NCBI RefSeq assembly: GCF_044704955.1
Contig: NC_091985.1
Coordinates: 165,912,001-165,976,000, forward strand
Origin: Pristiophorus japonicus
Taxonomy: Eukaryota
DNA length: 64,000 nucleotides
Reading direction: 5' to 3'
The translations under genes and the position numbers were made by a program. This document shows, piece by piece, positions 61,864 to 64,000 of the stretch. The notes under the pieces were generated by a model. It did no database searches. It was given only the letters and a program-made list of their open reading frames with translations, and was not told the origin of the DNA. Each line of letters starts with the position of its first letter. Position 1 is the first letter of the stretch.

Positions 61864-61998
61864 AATAAATAATACTGAATTTTAATGTTGAACTCGAGAA
61901 TCTGCACTTGTAACGCTAACTGTGGGATACCATTTAACTTCATTAAAGTTTGGTTTTAATGTTGGTCTGTAATCTCTTTTTAAGTTTGTAGAAATAAA
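61864..61998 (+). terminator. Candidate eIF4A3 polyadenylation signals
   Basis: AATAAA at 61864 and 61993 and ATTAAA at 61942, in an AT-rich 3' UTR downstream of the stop. Confidence 0.65.
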
Positions 61999-63266
61999 GG
62001 CACCAAGTCTGCCTCACTGGTTGTTCTCGTTCCCATTTAGGAAGGTCTATAACTGGCTACTGCCATGTCAGTGGAAAGGTGCTGACACCCGAGGAGAGGT
62101 CCTGTTCTATATGATCTCGCAGTGCAGTTTGTACAATGGTCTTCATTTGAGACTGTAATGGAGAGTTTTAACTCCTGGAGAAGGAAATTTTGAAGCCAAA
62201 AAAATTACTCATTCTTGGATTGGGTGTCACTGACCAGAACATCATATGTTGCCCATCCCTAATATCCTGGTTGTTTGATACAACAGAGTGGTTTGCTAGG
62301 CCACTTCAGGGAACAATTAAGAGTTGACCACCTTGGTATGGGACTGGAGTCACAGGCCCAGACAGGATTGTTTCCCTGAAGGACATTAGTGAACCAGTTG
62401 GGGTTTTATGTTCACATGATGACAATAAATACTCAGATCTTCATCCTGCCCTCCCTAGTTATGTAATTTCATTTGATGGAATTCCAGATCATTTAACTAG
62501 CTGATCTCAAAACCCCTGAGGTGCTTTCTCTGAGGTTTAGCAAAGCCCCTGTCACTTTTATACACCAGCAGAGTGTTCAGCAACAAAGTGCTTCTCTGAC
62601 CCAGCACATAAAAGTGACATTTGAATATCCCGCGGCATCTTGGTAAATAATGATCAGCCATTTCTGGCAGAACTCTAACCATGGGATGTATTTAGTCCTT
62701 AACATGATCTGATCTCGATATTTGAAACCTTTGTCTTTAAGCACTGCTTTAGACACCAGTCATTGGTTCAAGAAGTAACTGATGAACCTGGAGTTTTGTA
62801 CTGTGGGGAGGAGGCAGTGCCGCAACTGCACTGGTTCAACCAGTTTTACCTCCTTTACCTTACAATTCGTGCTTCAGTACTAGCTATGCTAGATGGTTCA
62901 GTCTAGTAATTAACCTGTGGATTGCTGACACCACTACAGTATTTACCCACTGTGCTGACTGACTTGTAAATGTGCTCTGCCTCGAGTTCCTTCCTCCATC
63001 TGCAGATGCTGGGATCACTGGATGTTTGGTGGTGTGCTTTTCCTCTGATTTAGACTTGCACCATGTATTTGTCCCGCCAATCATTGGACTTTTAAGATAA
63101 ACTCCATGGGCGGCAGTATTTCAATCAAGTAGCTATTTTTCAGTTGTCCATTTACAGGCTGCTCAATTGTGGAGAGCATCTCTGAGCTGGATACTTTATT
63201 CACCTAATTGCCTGAACTTGAGTGTCATCGCTGTGCGTTGTCTGAATTCTGTTATCCATGCAGTGC

Positions 63267-63875
63267 CAACAACAACAACTTATTTATATAGCACCTTTAA
63301 CGTAGTAAAACATCCCAAGGTGCTTCATAGCAGTATTATAAGACAAAACAGATAAGAAATTACGGCAGATGACCAAAAGCTTGGTCGAGGTAGGTTTTAA
63401 GGAGGGTAGAGAGACGAGAGCTTTAGGAAGGGAGTTCCAGAGCTTAGGGCCCCAAGCAGTTGAGCAGTTATAATGAGGGATGTTCAACAGGGCAGACATC
63501 TTGTGGGGGTGTGAGGCTGAAAGAGATTAGAGATAGGGAGGGGCAAAGCTGTGGAGGGATTTGTAAACTTGGGTGAGAATTTTGAAATCAAGGTGCTGCT
63601 TAATCGGGTGCCAATGTAGGTCAGCCAACACAGGGGTGATGGGGAGTTTTGGATAACCTCAAGTTTACGTAGGGTAGAATGTGGGAGACCAGCCAGGAGT
63701 GTGTTAGAGTAGTCAAATTTAGAGGTAACAAAGGCATAGATGAGGGCTTCAGCAGCAGATGAGCTAAGATGGGGCCGGGCAATGTTACCGAGGTGGAATT
63801 AGGCAGTTTTAGTTATGCTGCGGATATGTGGCCAGAAGCTCATTTCAGGGTCAAATATGCCTAGGTTGCGAACAA
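63267..63875 (-). mobile_element. L2 3' fragment
   Basis: aacaacaacaacttatttatatagcacc terminus; GPKLWNSLP peptide. Confidence 0.85.
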
Positions 63876-64000
63876 TATATTGCCACTTGCATAGTCGAGT
63901 AGATCTTGAAGGCTATGCTGACTAGATCAAATTGCACATTTCAGGTTGAATGTTGGGTGAGTGGTATTCAATTACACCTTCCACTTCCCTGTGTTTGCAC

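Overview
Eukaryotic (vertebrate) genomic DNA. The repeat families (CR1 with ATAGAAAC/TTCTTATG tails, L2, RTE, Deu-domain tRNA SINEs, Penelope) suggest a cartilaginous fish; this is an inference. The only host gene I can support is a complete 12-exon eIF4A3 (DDX48, exon-junction-complex DEAD-box helicase): + strand, ATG 34011 to TAA 61639, 1212 nt CDS, 403 aa, all GT-AG introns. Most of the rest is nested transposons: young and old CR1 LINEs (one with an intact 968-aa ORF2), L2, RTE, Penelope, Tx1-clade fragments, solo LTRs, a Harbinger derivative with a Myb/SANT gene, MITEs and SINEs. Three signals stand out. (1) A ~385-bp retroposed element at 29029-29411 is a mosaic of U2 and U1 snRNA pieces with an A-rich tail (SINEU-like). 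(2) That element is stacked with two Tx1-type insertions at one repeatedly duplicated target site inside a CR1, and all share the 3' terminus ...AAAAGAG(T). (3) A ~1-kb CpG-rich 16/23-bp minisatellite grew from inside a Tx1 ORF2 remnant about 300 bp upstream of the eIF4A3 start codon. Most long ORFs in the supplied track are TE-derived or repeat artefacts. All comparisons to reference sequences are from memory and by eye, and TE boundaries are approximate unless a TSD is quoted.
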